A stretch of DNA of 63,692 nt, the filler included, from Lenisia limosa (taxonomy: Eukaryota; Protista; Breviatea), in assembly GCA_001655205.1 (NCBI GenBank). It is 9 parts of 9 records of this genome, joined end to end, with 100 filler letters (N's around TTAATTAATTAA, not from the genome) between each part and the next. Parts side by side here need not be neighbours in the genome. Positions count along the whole stretch, not along the records: positions 61,254 to 63,692 come from LPNZ01001493.1; 8 more parts are not named here. The stretch is one strand, 5' to 3'. The notes below the pieces were generated by a model. It saw only the letters and a list, made by a program, of their open reading frames with translations. It had not been told where the DNA came from and made no database searches. Both the position numbers and the translations under genes were made by a program. This document shows positions 63,574 through 63,692 of the stretch, one piece after another (the first letter of the stretch is position 1; every line of letters begins with the position of its first letter).

Positions 63574-63692
63574 GTGGTTCCACACTACTCCTCCCCAGTT
63601 GTGAGACTTCCAGTATGCGGCGTTTTATTCAATATCTCTGAATACTGGCGGCTTCCTCCATTTATTGTTTATCATTTATACATAGTATATGA

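Noticed and set aside
1-63692. Non-canonical splice sites, stop-codon reassignment, CRISPR arrays, transposase or reverse-transcriptase ORFs
   Set aside because: All reconstructed introns are GT-AG, the standard code gives open frames with normal stops, and no repeat-spacer array or TE enzyme motif was seen.

Overview
Intron-rich, AT-rich eukaryotic nuclear DNA, not prokaryotic; the organism cannot be named from this window. Eight identical 100-nt spacers (N44-TTAATTAATTAA-N44) divide it into nine pieces that were probably concatenated artificially, so gene order across spacers is meaningless. Spliced genes I could reconstruct by hand from GT-AG exons: a complete 13-exon Kelch-repeat gene; partial BRE1/RNF20-like E3 ligase, polyQ protein, and disintegrin plus thrombospondin-1 (ADAM/ADAMTS-like) protein; a roughly 15-exon type I glutamine synthetase of a Bacteroidetes-like subtype (horizontal transfer candidate); a RING-CH (MARCH-like) membrane E3; EML5/6-like; CHD6-9-like remodeller; a Glu/Lys repeat protein; a secreted protein with an H-type-lectin-like motif; NEDD1-like WD40; and tRNA-Asp(GTC). 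The most unusual signal is in the introns. Many begin with a G-run right after GT and end with a C-run right before AG. Two dispersed intronic repeat families lie almost always in the sense orientation of their host gene: one often supplies the 3' splice-site pyrimidine tract, the other carries a GGC-UUCG-GCC hairpin. A third, palindromic MITE-like family shows no such bias. Family assignments rest on recalled motifs, not on database searches.
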